Virus record (IMG/VR): IMGVR_UViG_3300031951_000003
Span: 186,001-250,000 of that record
Length of the DNA stretch: 64,000 nucleotides
Reading direction: 5' to 3' (one strand)
The notes under the pieces were generated by a model. The model worked only from the letters and a program-made list of their open reading frames with translations, was not told where the DNA came from and did no database searches. Numbering within the stretch: position 1 is the stretch's first letter; each line of letters begins with the position of its first letter. Positions 45,800 through 55,357 of the stretch are shown here, one piece after another. Position numbers and translations under genes: made by a program.

Positions 45800-46906
45800 T
45801 TAGTCAAGTTGCTTAACCAAATTTAACGCTTGTGCAATTATTTGGTGCATGTCGTAATAAACGTATGTTGCTAATCTACCACCAAAATAATAATTTGGTA
45901 AATCATTCGTCAATTCTTTATACTTTTCGTAAATTAGGGTATTTCTATCGTCTCTTATTGGATAGTAAGGTTCATTCTCACCATTATAATCTGCAGGGAA
46001 TTCATAACTAATAATTGTTCCTTTTTGATTTTGTGGGTCAAACCACTTATGTTCTAATATTCTTGTGTATGGTGTTTCTCGGTCAGTATAGTTAACCACG
46101 GGAACCCCTTGAAAATTATCTTTTTCCAAACGTTTTGTTTCCCATTCCAAACTTCTATATTCTAAATTTCCATAAAGGTAGTCAAAAAATCTATCTATGG
46201 GACCTGTGTAGATTACCTTTTGAGCTAGCGAATCATGATATAACTTCGATTCGAAGTAGTCTACCCCTAATTCAACATCACATTTCTGTAACATCTTTTC
46301 AAATATTTGAGTATAACCTCCAATTGGCATCCCTGTATATTTGTCATTGAAGTAATTACTATCCCAAGTAAACCTTAAAGGTAATCTTTTGATAATTGAC
46401 GGGGGTAGTTCCTGACAGTTTTTGTTCCATTGTTTTTCAGTATATCCCTTGATGAGTTTCTGATAAATTTCATCACCCACCATTGACATTGCCTGTTCTT
46501 CGAGATTGGTTATCTTTCCCTTATATTTAATCTCCTCAATAATTTGTTTCGCTCTTTCAGGTTCGTTGACTTTCCAAAGTTGATTGAATGTCCACATGTT
46601 GAATGGTAATGTAAACATTTCGCCCTTGTAGTTCGCAATTACATTATGTGTGTATTGTCTAAACTCGGCAAATTGATTCACGTAATCCCAAATATGTTTG
46701 TCGTTGGTATGGAAAATATGTGCACCATATTTGTGAACGTGAATACCGTCCACGTTTTCAGTATAACAGTTTCCACCTATTACAGGTCTTTTATCAATTA
46801 CCAAACATTTTTTTCCTTTCTTAGTTAGTTCGTAAGCACAAACGGAACCGAATGGTCCCGCCCCTACTATCAAATAATCATATTTTGGAAAATTCAATAA
46901 AATCAT
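45800..46906 (-). CDS. glf: UDP-galactopyranose mutase
   Basis: YDYLIVGAG, HKYGAHIFHT, YRSL, EPYYP, GRLATYVYYDMHQ. Confidence 0.95.
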   Translation of the reverse strand: MILLNFPKYDYLIVGAGPFGSVCAYELTKKGKKCLVIDKRPVIGGNCYTENVDGIHVHKYGAHIFHTNDKHIWDYVNQFAEFRQYTHNVIANYKGEMFTLPFNMWTFNQLWKVNEPERAKQIIEEIKYKGKITNLEEQAMSMVGDEIYQKLIKGYTEKQWNKNCQELPPSIIKRLPLRFTWDSNYFNDKYTGMPIGGYTQIFEKMLQKCDVELGVDYFESKLYHDSLAQKVIYTGPIDRFFDYLYGNLEYRSLEWETKRLEKDNFQGVPVVNYTDRETPYTRILEHKWFDPQNQKGTIISYEFPADYNGENEPYYPIRDDRNTLIYEKYKELTNDLPNYYFGGRLATYVYYDMHQIIAQALNLVKQLD

Positions 46907-48057
46907 TTGAAATCAAAATTGAAACTTTCAGAATCAATAACATGTTCCTCAGTTTTTCTTGTCAATCTCTCTTTGTATTCAACAAGAAAATTCCCTGTGT
47001 TGGTATAAGCCCTACTTTCAATTAAAAAGGATTTGACAGGGAAAGGGTTTTTTCTTTCAGGTTCCATCATCTTGTCGATTACCTGAATTGCTTCTTGAGT
47101 TTTACCTAATGAATCATAATGGAATGCAAGATAAAGTAAGTTTTCATTTCTATCTTTACTAAACTCGCTCGCTAACTTGAAAACCTCCTCGGCTTTCGCA
47201 TGTTCACCCAAGAAATCATAAGACCATCCCATAACAATCAAACCAAAGTAAGCCATCTCATCTTCATATTTTGGTTTTTTCTCAACACCCCAAACATGTG
47301 TCAATTCCATGAATCTTTCATAATACCACAAAGACCTTCTAGCATATTCTTCTGAGTGTTTTCTTCCGAAAGGTAATTCGCTCGAGTTCCCATAACAATC
47401 AGCATAACTCTTAGCAATATACCAAAGGTGATAGTAATCTTCATGAACCTTGTTTCCTACAACTTTATCAATTTCCAGTTCGAGTGCATCTCTTAAAAAC
47501 TTTCTTGGTGCCGCCCAAGTATCACCATCTTGTGAAACGATGTGTCTGAGCCCATAGGGCATGTTAATTCTTTGAAAATCTTCACCAATTTCAGGAAGAT
47601 GAATTGTTTCGTGTCTTTTGTCGTGTGCAAAAAACCAAGGTAATTTAGCATTCCAAAACCAAGTTCTGAAATAATTTGTATCGCCGGCTTGTGCTGCAAT
47701 ATTGTAACTTTGTATTTGTGTGTTTTCTAAAATTGACCAATCGAAATCTGAATCAACATGAAGGGTCTCATCCGCATCCATCCTCAAAACCCAGTCACAA
47801 CCATGTTCTGATGAAAGACATTTTTGTAGGGTATGGTCTCTATTCCAACCAGGAAAATTCCAATCGATTTTATAAGTGAAACCTGGAATGTTTTTGGTTT
47901 GAAAAAAAACATTAATTTTGGACTCTGTGTCATCGTTTCCATTACATTGGATTACATAGTAATCAATATAAGGTGCCACTGATTCTAACATTCTCATGAT
48001 GGTTTTGGATTCATTTCCAACCATCGAGTTCAATACAATTTTTGCTTTCTTATTCAT
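46903..48057 (-). CDS. GT2-like glycosyltransferase with TPR-like C-terminus
   Basis: NESKTIMRML; WVLRMDADE (DxD); RHETIH; helical repeats. Confidence 0.75.
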   Translation of the reverse strand: MNKKAKIVLNSMVGNESKTIMRMLESVAPYIDYYVIQCNGNDDTESKINVFFQTKNIPGFTYKIDWNFPGWNRDHTLQKCLSSEHGCDWVLRMDADETLHVDSDFDWSILENTQIQSYNIAAQAGDTNYFRTWFWNAKLPWFFAHDKRHETIHLPEIGEDFQRINMPYGLRHIVSQDGDTWAAPRKFLRDALELEIDKVVGNKVHEDYYHLWYIAKSYADCYGNSSELPFGRKHSEEYARRSLWYYERFMELTHVWGVEKKPKYEDEMAYFGLIVMGWSYDFLGEHAKAEEVFKLASEFSKDRNENLLYLAFHYDSLGKTQEAIQVIDKMMEPERKNPFPVKSFLIESRAYTNTGNFLVEYKERLTRKTEEHVIDSESFNFDFK

Positions 48058-49297
48058 AAGTGTAGTTCATTACTCCTTCTTCGTCGAAGTATTTTTTTAT
48101 TGGAACGTGGTTTTGAAATTTGTGGGAGTGTCCTCTCTCTTCATTCCAATACCAATCATCGAAACCAAGCTCTTTGATTCTATCATGAATCCTTTTGTCG
48201 TAGTGGTCTCTGATTAATCTCGCCCTTCTGTTTATATCATAAGCATTGTTATCAACAGTGCTATTACGATTGTTGTATTGTAAGTATAACATTCTTTTCA
48301 CGTGAATAAACCTTGTATGTAAGAATGTTCTGACAATCATTTCAAAGTCATCGGCTACCGGGGTTAGTTTGTTGTGACCACCGAGTTCATGATAGAGCTT
48401 TCTTTCCCACATTCTTATGTGGTCGGGCATTGAGATGTTGAAACGGATTGTCAATGGATTGATATCTGGATACCAATGTGCCAGATACTTTTGTCCATCA
48501 GCATAAACCCACGAGTGTCCTGCATAACCGAAGTCAAAAAAGTTATCAGGTCTAGCATACCAATTACCTGACCAATCATGGTCATAAGACTTCATTTCAC
48601 CATCATCGTATAACTCACATACATCAGTATACAAGAAACCAGCATCAGGGTATTTTTCGATTGCGTCATTACAAACCTCCAAACAATCACTTATGAGTGC
48701 ATCATCGTGGTCCAATTCACAAAGCCAATCTCCATCACACAACATAGCCGCCCTGTTTTTAGCTAACCCTACATTACCCCCTGAAGTGGGATATATTTTG
48801 TGTATCTTTACTCTGTAATCAATGTTCGAAAATTCCTTCAACAAGTTCCAAGTCTCGTCATCTGGCGAATCATCAACAACAACCCATTCCCAATTTGTGA
48901 ATGTTTGATTCTTCAAACTTTCATAAGTTCTCCTTATTCTCTCTCCTGTTTTATATGTTGGTGTAAAAATTGAGAATCTCGGTCTTTGATAGTCAGTATT
49001 TTTGAATACCGTTTGACAAACAACTATGTTTGCTAAAACGTTATCCTGAGGTAAGAATTCGTAATGAACATGTTTTTGTTTTAAGAAATAATGAGGAACT
49101 TCGATTTCATCTATAAAGGACAGGATAACATCAGGTTGATATTTCGTATAATCCCCCGCCACATCATTGGTATAGGGTAATGCATAAATGGTGACTTCAT
49201 CATAAAGTCTTTCCTCGAAGTAAATATCAGATTCTAAAATGAATTTCCCTGTGGAAACCCAACCGTAAACTATCGCACTAGGTTTTTTTGTCTTCAT
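48050..49297 (-). CDS. GT2 glycosyltransferase
   Basis: FSIFTPTYK, WEWVVVDDS, ELDHDD, ADDFEM. Confidence 0.88.
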   Translation of the reverse strand: MKTKKPSAIVYGWVSTGKFILESDIYFEERLYDEVTIYALPYTNDVAGDYTKYQPDVILSFIDEIEVPHYFLKQKHVHYEFLPQDNVLANIVVCQTVFKNTDYQRPRFSIFTPTYKTGERIRRTYESLKNQTFTNWEWVVVDDSPDDETWNLLKEFSNIDYRVKIHKIYPTSGGNVGLAKNRAAMLCDGDWLCELDHDDALISDCLEVCNDAIEKYPDAGFLYTDVCELYDDGEMKSYDHDWSGNWYARPDNFFDFGYAGHSWVYADGQKYLAHWYPDINPLTIRFNISMPDHIRMWERKLYHELGGHNKLTPVADDFEMIVRTFLHTRFIHVKRMLYLQYNNRNSTVDNNAYDINRRARLIRDHYDKRIHDRIKELGFDDWYWNEERGHSHKFQNHVPIKKYFDEEGVMNYTYE

Positions 49298-49598
49298 CTA
49301 AGTGGTGAATTGTTTCTTTGGATGGTCTATTCTTTTTATCTGAAGCTTTTTTCATCATTTTTTCAAACTGTCTTGCTTGGTCTTTGACCATTTCAGAATC
49401 AATTTTGTAAATTCGACCATCCGTTCCATCTAAATTTAATCTTACACCTTCGGTTGTAAAGATGGAAATTGATTCATATCTACATAAATTATCGAAGTCC
49501 CATACCGTTGTGGAATGAAGTCCTTGAACCTCTCCTTTGTTGATTCCACCATATTTTGTGAAGTGAATGAATTTATCACCTTTTTTAAACATCTCCAT
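49278..49598 (-). CDS. Hypothetical protein
   Basis: ORF track. Confidence 0.5.
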   Translation of the reverse strand: MEMFKKGDKFIHFTKYGGINKGEVQGLHSTTVWDFDNLCRYESISIFTTEGVRLNLDGTDGRIYKIDSEMVKDQARQFEKMMKKASDKKNRPSKETIHHLDEDKKT

Positions 49599-49917
49599 CT
49601 GAATCCCAATCTGTTAATACGAATTCTAATCTAACTGCCTCGATATGTCCATACCTATTTACCCAAGCATTTCCCTTGAGTCCACCACTCGAAGAAAAGT
49701 AAGTTGCTTTCGAACATTTCCCTTTTTTTGCCAATTCCATAGCATCTCTCAGCCTACCGACAGCAGATGATTTCAACATTTCGATTGTGGGTGTATTTGA
49801 ATCAAAAGCCCAAGTCCATCGAAGAGTCTTCATAGCGATTTCACATTTACGGAAATCGAAATTGTCGAGAATCTCGGCAATCATTTTGTTTTCTTGCTCA
49901 ATGATTTTGTTACTCAT
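49585..49917 (-). CDS. Hypothetical protein
   Basis: ORF track. Confidence 0.55.
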   Translation of the reverse strand: MSNKIIEQENKMIAEILDNFDFRKCEIAMKTLRWTWAFDSNTPTIEMLKSSAVGRLRDAMELAKKGKCSKATYFSSSGGLKGNAWVNRYGHIEAVRLEFVLTDWDSDGDV

Positions 49918-49954
49918 GAGAAGAATAATAAAAAATAAAATTTATAAAGGAAAA

Positions 49955-50626
49955 TTACGGTTTTATGTATACCTTGGTGCCTGAAGGAATTGAGTTCAAC
50001 ATCCATTGAATTGCATTGTTTGAAACTCTAATACAACCGTTGGAACGAGGAGTTCCTAAGTTTTTCTCTTTGTTTGTTCCGTGGAAATATATGTTCCTTG
50101 AAAATGCGTTTTTGTTACATGGCTCTAACCCATCGAGTTCCAAAATACCTGTGAGAACCTCAGCCACGTGTCTTTGTCCCTTCTCATCCACTCTCATCGA
50201 GTCTTTGTCAGGACCCAAAATTTTACCTGTTGGAGTTTTAGCCACAATCACCTCATATGGTTTTGCCTCAACTTTTCCTTTTACTTGTAACAAACCTGTT
50301 GGTGTTTCCTTATTATCAGGACGATTGTTAAAACCATTCGCACCAGTTGATACAATAACAGTTTTGATTGCGGTTTTACCGTCTTGTGTGTAATACATTC
50401 TTTGTTCAGGTCCCCAAACTATCAGAAGTTTTTCTCCCTGTTTTATCATTCCCTTTTCAACCAATTCAGAATAAAGTTCTTTCCAATCTTCAGCTTCAAT
50501 TATTTCAGGACTACAATCGGTAACCTTTGGTTTCTCTTCTTCATCATCAAACCAAGTGCTCGGTTTATACCAAGCCTTTTGTTCTTGTAACTTCGCCAAC
50601 TGTGATTTGGTTATGATATACTTCAT
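49955..50626 (-). CDS. Leader-A protein with L,D-transpeptidase (YkuD) domain
   Basis: MKYIITKSQL; VSTG...TPTG; IYFHGT...GTPRSNGCIRV. Confidence 0.85.
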   Translation of the reverse strand: MKYIITKSQLAKLQEQKAWYKPSTWFDDEEEKPKVTDCSPEIIEAEDWKELYSELVEKGMIKQGEKLLIVWGPEQRMYYTQDGKTAIKTVIVSTGANGFNNRPDNKETPTGLLQVKGKVEAKPYEVIVAKTPTGKILGPDKDSMRVDEKGQRHVAEVLTGILELDGLEPCNKNAFSRNIYFHGTNKEKNLGTPRSNGCIRVSNNAIQWMLNSIPSGTKVYIKP

Positions 50627-50647
50627 AAAAATAAATACCTTTATTAA

Positions 50648-50676
50648 CAAAAAAACCCCTCACTAAGGAGGGGTTT
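50648..50676 (-). terminator. Intrinsic terminator
   Basis: aaaaaacccctcactaaggaggggttt. Confidence 0.7.
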
Positions 50677-50693
50677 GAATTTTACGTTTCGTT

Positions 50694-51032
50694 TTAGAAA
50701 AGTCTAAGGAGATAACTTATAACTGCAGCTAAGCCAACAAGAGCTGGCATTTCTGTTTTGTTTCCACCCATCAAAGATAAGTGTAAAACAACAGCCGCAC
50801 TCATGAAACAACAAATAATAAAAGCACCGATAACAGATGTCATTGGAACTGAAAGGAGGATTGCTCCAATAAGTTCACCTACGCCTGTAATAACTCTATA
50901 CTTTTCGAGTTTCATGTAAGCAAAATTTCCAACCATTTCTTGGGTTCCAACGATTTTTTCAATTGCTCCTTTACCTAAAAAAAGAGAGGTGACAACTGAA
51001 AGAACCCACCCGATAATTGCGATAATACTCAT
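50694..51032 (-). CDS. DoxX-family membrane protein
   Basis: Four TM helices; GVGELIGAILL; MSAAVVLHL. Confidence 0.75.
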   Translation of the reverse strand: MSIIAIIGWVLSVVTSLFLGKGAIEKIVGTQEMVGNFAYMKLEKYRVITGVGELIGAILLSVPMTSVIGAFIICCFMSAAVVLHLSLMGGNKTEMPALVGLAAVISYLLRLF

Positions 51033-51092
51033 AATGATTAATTTATTATGGGATTATAACCTGAAACCCTGAACAAGTAAAGTATTCCGATA

Positions 51093-51308
51093 TTATGAAT
51101 TCATTTGTGAAAGGAACTCATGGATTATTTCTTGACACTCATCTTCATTACCAGCTTCATCGTCCCACATAATTTCAGATGAGTCCGCAGTCCAATCATC
51201 CCACTCATCCCAAGTGGCAACGATTGTGAATTTTCTTTCATCATCAGTTTCTCCATTAAACCAAACAGTTTTGGAAGTTGTTTTCGGTGAGTCAAAATCT
51301 ATTTTCAT
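51093..51308 (-). CDS. Small acidic protein
   Basis: TATATTTG -7-like element upstream. Confidence 0.55.
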   Translation of the reverse strand: MKIDFDSPKTTSKTVWFNGETDDERKFTIVATWDEWDDWTADSSEIMWDDEAGNEDECQEIIHEFLSQMNS

Positions 51309-51454
51309 ATTATTTATATTTTCACAAATATAGGAAAATTTTGTGACAAAAAAAACCCCTCTAATGAGGGGCTCTTTTACTTTTTACACCATCCGAAACA
51401 TACTTTACCAAAAGTTATTTTCGTGATGAAATTACAGATTTGTTTCATGATTTA

Positions 51455-51775
51455 TTAAACTTTTCTTCTGTGTGGTTTACCATGATGTCTTTGACATTTG
51501 GAACACACAGGTTGTGGTTTATGTTGAGCCATTCTAATTCTTTGAGCCGCTCTCATTTGTTGCATTCTTTTGAATTGTTCTTCAGACATTGTTATAATGA
51601 CTTTACCGTCTTTCTTTTCAATCTGAGGTCTTTCCATTTCCCATCTTTGTCGATGGTCTATAAAGTCTCTAAATTGATTAGGAAGAGGTCTTTGGCCTTG
51701 TGGTCTCATAGGCGGTTGAGCTGCTAGTGTAAGTGTGGCAAATACACCGAGCAGAATTAATGTGATTTTTTTCAT
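51455..51775 (-). CDS. Secreted low-complexity protein
   Basis: Signal peptide ending LAAQ; Q/R/P-rich. Confidence 0.55.
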   Translation of the reverse strand: MKKITLILLGVFATLTLAAQPPMRPQGQRPLPNQFRDFIDHRQRWEMERPQIEKKDGKVIITMSEEQFKRMQQMRAAQRIRMAQHKPQPVCSKCQRHHGKPHRRKV

Positions 51776-53337
51776 GTTATTGCTTTAAATTTTTCTGTAC
51801 TTAAATAAGTATTTTCCCAATAAGGTGGATTAATTTTTTTTGGACTTACTTTTTTCAAAAACTCACCATTGATATCATAAACGTTTACTTTGTCTGATGG
51901 CGTCCCTAATGAGAAATCAGCCTCGAAAATATACATGTTTCCATCTTTCGATTTGACCACGTCAGTCCAAAGACCACTTCGGTAACCCCCTCGAAAACTA
52001 CCTTGGGAGCGAATAGCTCCATTTGGAAAATAATAAGTCCATTTACCTAAGTAAGACTTAGTAGCTCCGATTTTACCCATGGCTTCAACTTTTCCTGTTC
52101 TTCCGAAAAAAATAGTTTTACCATATGGGTAAGAATCCCGTTCGTCTCTCATGTTGGAAACATATCTAATTTTACCTGTACCAGTATAGCCCGTTTGAGT
52201 CATATCTGAATAATTCATATTCTTATAAACTCCGTCCCAATCACCCATCATCCATATACCTATTCGTTTTCCGTTATTATTATATGTGCCTTTTCTGTAA
52301 ATTTTTCCGTTTTTGAAATTCTCTTCATATTCACCTACTAAACCTCCACTTAAAGTGGTTCCCTTTTTCTCAATTTTTCCGTCGGAATAGTATTGAACAA
52401 AAGGCCCTTCTTCTTCACCATTTTTATAAGTCTTAATTCCCGCAAGTTGTCCTCCACCGTAAAAGTATTTCCACACACCCTGCTTTCTACCATTGTCGTC
52501 TTCGAAACCTTTATCTTTAACGGGGATTTCAAATTGGCTTGGAAAATTTTCAGCTTCGATACTATATTTTGGAACCCTATCACCAACAAATTTGAAAAAA
52601 TCTATTTGTTTTATCTTATGCGTTTCATAGTCATTTTTGTCCATAAACTGACCTGACTCATGATGTAATTGATAAGGAGACCTCCTATCATCCAAATTAA
52701 AAAGTAAAAAATAACTTGAACCCTTTGGGTCAGTCAGATAATTTTTGAAGTAACTATATTGACCTATGGTACATATATCAATTTTAGCACCTTTGTCTCT
52801 TCCTTTGCATCTTCCTAGAATGTCTCTATATAACTTCCAAACATCTTTGTTTACACCAAAAACTTCGAATACCTGATACTTGTAGTCGCCATTGTCATAT
52901 ATCCCCAAGTATTTTATTCCACCTGAGGATTCCAACTTCTCGATATCATTTTGTGAAACAAAGTTATCTTTACCCTGTATTTCATCATAGACAATATTTC
53001 CTTCTCTAAGTTTAACAATCTCTTGCAAAAATTTCTTAACATCTTCGGCGGTCCTATACAGGTGAATGTCCTTGTATTCAAACTTTTTCTTATTTTTCTC
53101 GTATAGGTCGAAGTATTCTTTATACTTGTATACATCCTCGGCTTTGATAATACCAGTTCCCACCTTCTTTGTGAGCCAACTCAATAAATAAAATTTGTTA
53201 CCCGTAACTTCAACTATTTTATTGAAGTCATCTTCTGAAATGGGCTTTCCCTCACCTACATATTTGTTTTTGAGATTGAGAACATTTTGGTCAACTTGTT
53301 CTTTTAATACTTTCCAAATGAGGGAGCGTAGTTCCAT
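51772..53337 (-). CDS. Leader-F protein with C-terminal MORN-variant repeats
   Basis: MELRSLIWKVLKEQ; repeated G.W.YY/F..G....G.Y..G. Confidence 0.7.
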   Translation of the reverse strand: MELRSLIWKVLKEQVDQNVLNLKNKYVGEGKPISEDDFNKIVEVTGNKFYLLSWLTKKVGTGIIKAEDVYKYKEYFDLYEKNKKKFEYKDIHLYRTAEDVKKFLQEIVKLREGNIVYDEIQGKDNFVSQNDIEKLESSGGIKYLGIYDNGDYKYQVFEVFGVNKDVWKLYRDILGRCKGRDKGAKIDICTIGQYSYFKNYLTDPKGSSYFLLFNLDDRRSPYQLHHESGQFMDKNDYETHKIKQIDFFKFVGDRVPKYSIEAENFPSQFEIPVKDKGFEDDNGRKQGVWKYFYGGGQLAGIKTYKNGEEEGPFVQYYSDGKIEKKGTTLSGGLVGEYEENFKNGKIYRKGTYNNNGKRIGIWMMGDWDGVYKNMNYSDMTQTGYTGTGKIRYVSNMRDERDSYPYGKTIFFGRTGKVEAMGKIGATKSYLGKWTYYFPNGAIRSQGSFRGGYRSGLWTDVVKSKDGNMYIFEADFSLGTPSDKVNVYDINGEFLKKVSPKKINPPYWENTYLSTEKFKAIT

Positions 53338-53529
53338 GTTTTATAAATACTTTGGACATAAAAAAACCCCCGATTTCTCGGGGGCCTTTACTTATTTCTT
53401 GATTTTAGAAACAAGCTTTAGAATATGTGGTCCCACCACAACTCCGACAACGACACCTAATAAAAAGTGCCAATGCCATAAAAATTCTAATTGTTCCATA
53501 GTTTTTTAAAAGGTTTAATTTTGTTTAGA

Positions 53530-53976
53530 CTATAAATGATAGTTCAGACCCAAACCTACAAGGTTGGAATGCTTACCATCTTTTACAGTTCTTAGAATTG
53601 ATTGTTCTAAGCACCACTTCTTGTTTATCTTGTATCCAATGGTAGGGACATAAGTAAATTGCCCTTTTTGTCCATCGAACAAAGTAACACCCCCGTCAAG
53701 ACCAACATAAAGGTTCTTCTTAAGGTGCTTACGGTATCCAACTAAAACAGGCATTCTTACAAAAGACGCCTTGTCTTGCATGAACTGGAAAGATACATTC
53801 AAATTCTTTTTATGAAAGTTAACTTTCTGACCCCATGCTTTGGAATCCCAACCAACATTTCCTGCTAACGGAGCGTTCACAGTTGCACCAACAGAGATAT
53901 CCCATCCCTTTTTATCTTGTGCAAATGTTACTAGCGAACATACGAGAGCAAAAAATAACAAAAATTGTTTCTTCAT
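53530..53976 (-). CDS. Outer-membrane beta-barrel protein
   Basis: Signal ending TFAQ; alternating strands; C-terminal GLGLNYHL. Confidence 0.7.
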   Translation of the reverse strand: MKKQFLLFFALVCSLVTFAQDKKGWDISVGATVNAPLAGNVGWDSKAWGQKVNFHKKNLNVSFQFMQDKASFVRMPVLVGYRKHLKKNLYVGLDGGVTLFDGQKGQFTYVPTIGYKINKKWCLEQSILRTVKDGKHSNLVGLGLNYHL

Positions 53977-54090
53977 TTTCGTTTTATTTAACGGTTTATA
54001 AATAAAAAACCCATCTTCACCTACAACTAAGTTGAGATGGGATGGGATTTATATTCTCTTATAAATATCTTTGAAAATCCGAAAATCGTC

Positions 54091-54408
54091 TTACATGAAC
54101 CTTTTGACCCTGTAACCCATGTTACCCAAGTAATCCTTGAAAACCTCTTTTGTTCCTGTTTTGGATAGGTTAAACATGATTTTTACGAGTTCGAAAAGTT
54201 GGTCAGTAACGAATAAAATTTGGTCACCTTTCTCATATGCCATCTTGTTTTCCTTACCTTTTCCGAACAAGACTAGGTTGTTAGTTTCCTCAGGAGAATA
54301 GTCCTCAAGGTAACTGTCAAGAAATAAAAAAATCTTGTCATTTATTTTAGATTCTCCAACAATTCCAAGGAACTTGTTTAATCTATTTTCTGTGATGATG
54401 TATTTCAT
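54091..54408 (-). CDS. Leader-A paralogue
   Basis: MKYIITENRLNKFL. Confidence 0.65.
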   Translation of the reverse strand: MKYIITENRLNKFLGIVGESKINDKIFLFLDSYLEDYSPEETNNLVLFGKGKENKMAYEKGDQILFVTDQLFELVKIMFNLSKTGTKEVFKDYLGNMGYRVKRFM

Positions 54409-54713
54409 GGCTCTACGAATTCCACCTTAACATTGAATTTATTTTCGAACCATAGTTTAATTAAGAGTTTCATTTTTTCTTCACTCAAAGCAAACATATC
54501 GGTCATATTTTTTTGGAAGTGGCGGTTAACCCATAATCTTCCATCTGTGTGGTCAAATTCCATAATGTCCTCCCAATCGTCTTCACCATCCCCAATTTGG
54601 TGAGATACTACAATATAAGGATGAAGTCGGTTAACAACCTTCCTTTCAATCAAATTGTTAAGGTAGTCGATAATAAACTGATTCAACCTATTTTCAGAAA
54701 TAATGTATTTCAT
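54405..54713 (-). CDS. Leader-A, W-F family protein
   Basis: Start moved to 54713 MKYIISENRL; LIKLWFENKF. Confidence 0.65.
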   Translation of the reverse strand: MKYIISENRLNQFIIDYLNNLIERKVVNRLHPYIVVSHQIGDGEDDWEDIMEFDHTDGRLWVNRHFQKNMTDMFALSEEKMKLLIKLWFENKFNVKVEFVEP

Positions 54714-54714
54714 A

Positions 54715-55068
54715 TTACTCGTCTTCATTTTGGTCTTCTTCATGCATCCACTCAAAATTATCCATTGTGAGGGATTTATCATATCTCTCATTGAACCAAT
54801 TTATTATGGTTTTGATGGCGTCGAGATTAGGAATTGAAAAAAGTTTAGTTAATTGAGTAACTAATCCATCACTAAGGTAAATCACTTCAAACTCTCTGTG
54901 TGGATGCATACTTGAATATTGAATTCTGTAAAGAATTTTGCTTGTATTATACTGTCCGTCTGCAAGATTAAACTCACCATCACCAATATCCCACTCCCAC
55001 CAATCGATTGAATCAAGATAAGATAATATCAAATTTTTTAACCTATTTTCTGTTATTACGTACTTCAT
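54715..55068 (-). CDS. Leader-A, W-F family protein
   Basis: MKYVITENRL; IINWFNERY. Confidence 0.65.
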   Translation of the reverse strand: MKYVITENRLKNLILSYLDSIDWWEWDIGDGEFNLADGQYNTSKILYRIQYSSMHPHREFEVIYLSDGLVTQLTKLFSIPNLDAIKTIINWFNERYDKSLTMDNFEWMHEEDQNEDE

Positions 55069-55357
55069 GGTTAATATTTCTTATTGTTGCGGTGGCTGAA
55101 TGAACGGGAACTCCAACCATATCCTCAACGAACTGTGCAAGTTGGTGTTTAAAAAAATGAAAATCAGGACCCATAGTTCTTTCGGTAACATAAAATATTG
55201 GATGAAGAATATAATAGGTTCCACCCATCATTGCTTTACCTTCTTCAATCGCAACCTCAGTTTTCATAACAGAGTTGTTTGTGAAAGTCTCAGCAACCTG
55301 TTTGATAATTTCTTTTATCCTATCGTTTTGTTGTTCTGTAATAATATATCTTTTCAT
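55043..55357 (-). CDS. Leader-A protein
   Basis: MKRYIITEQQ. Confidence 0.6.
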   Translation of the reverse strand: MKRYIITEQQNDRIKEIIKQVAETFTNNSVMKTEVAIEEGKAMMGGTYYILHPIFYVTERTMGPDFHFFKHQLAQFVEDMVGVPVHSATATIRNINHEVRNNRK

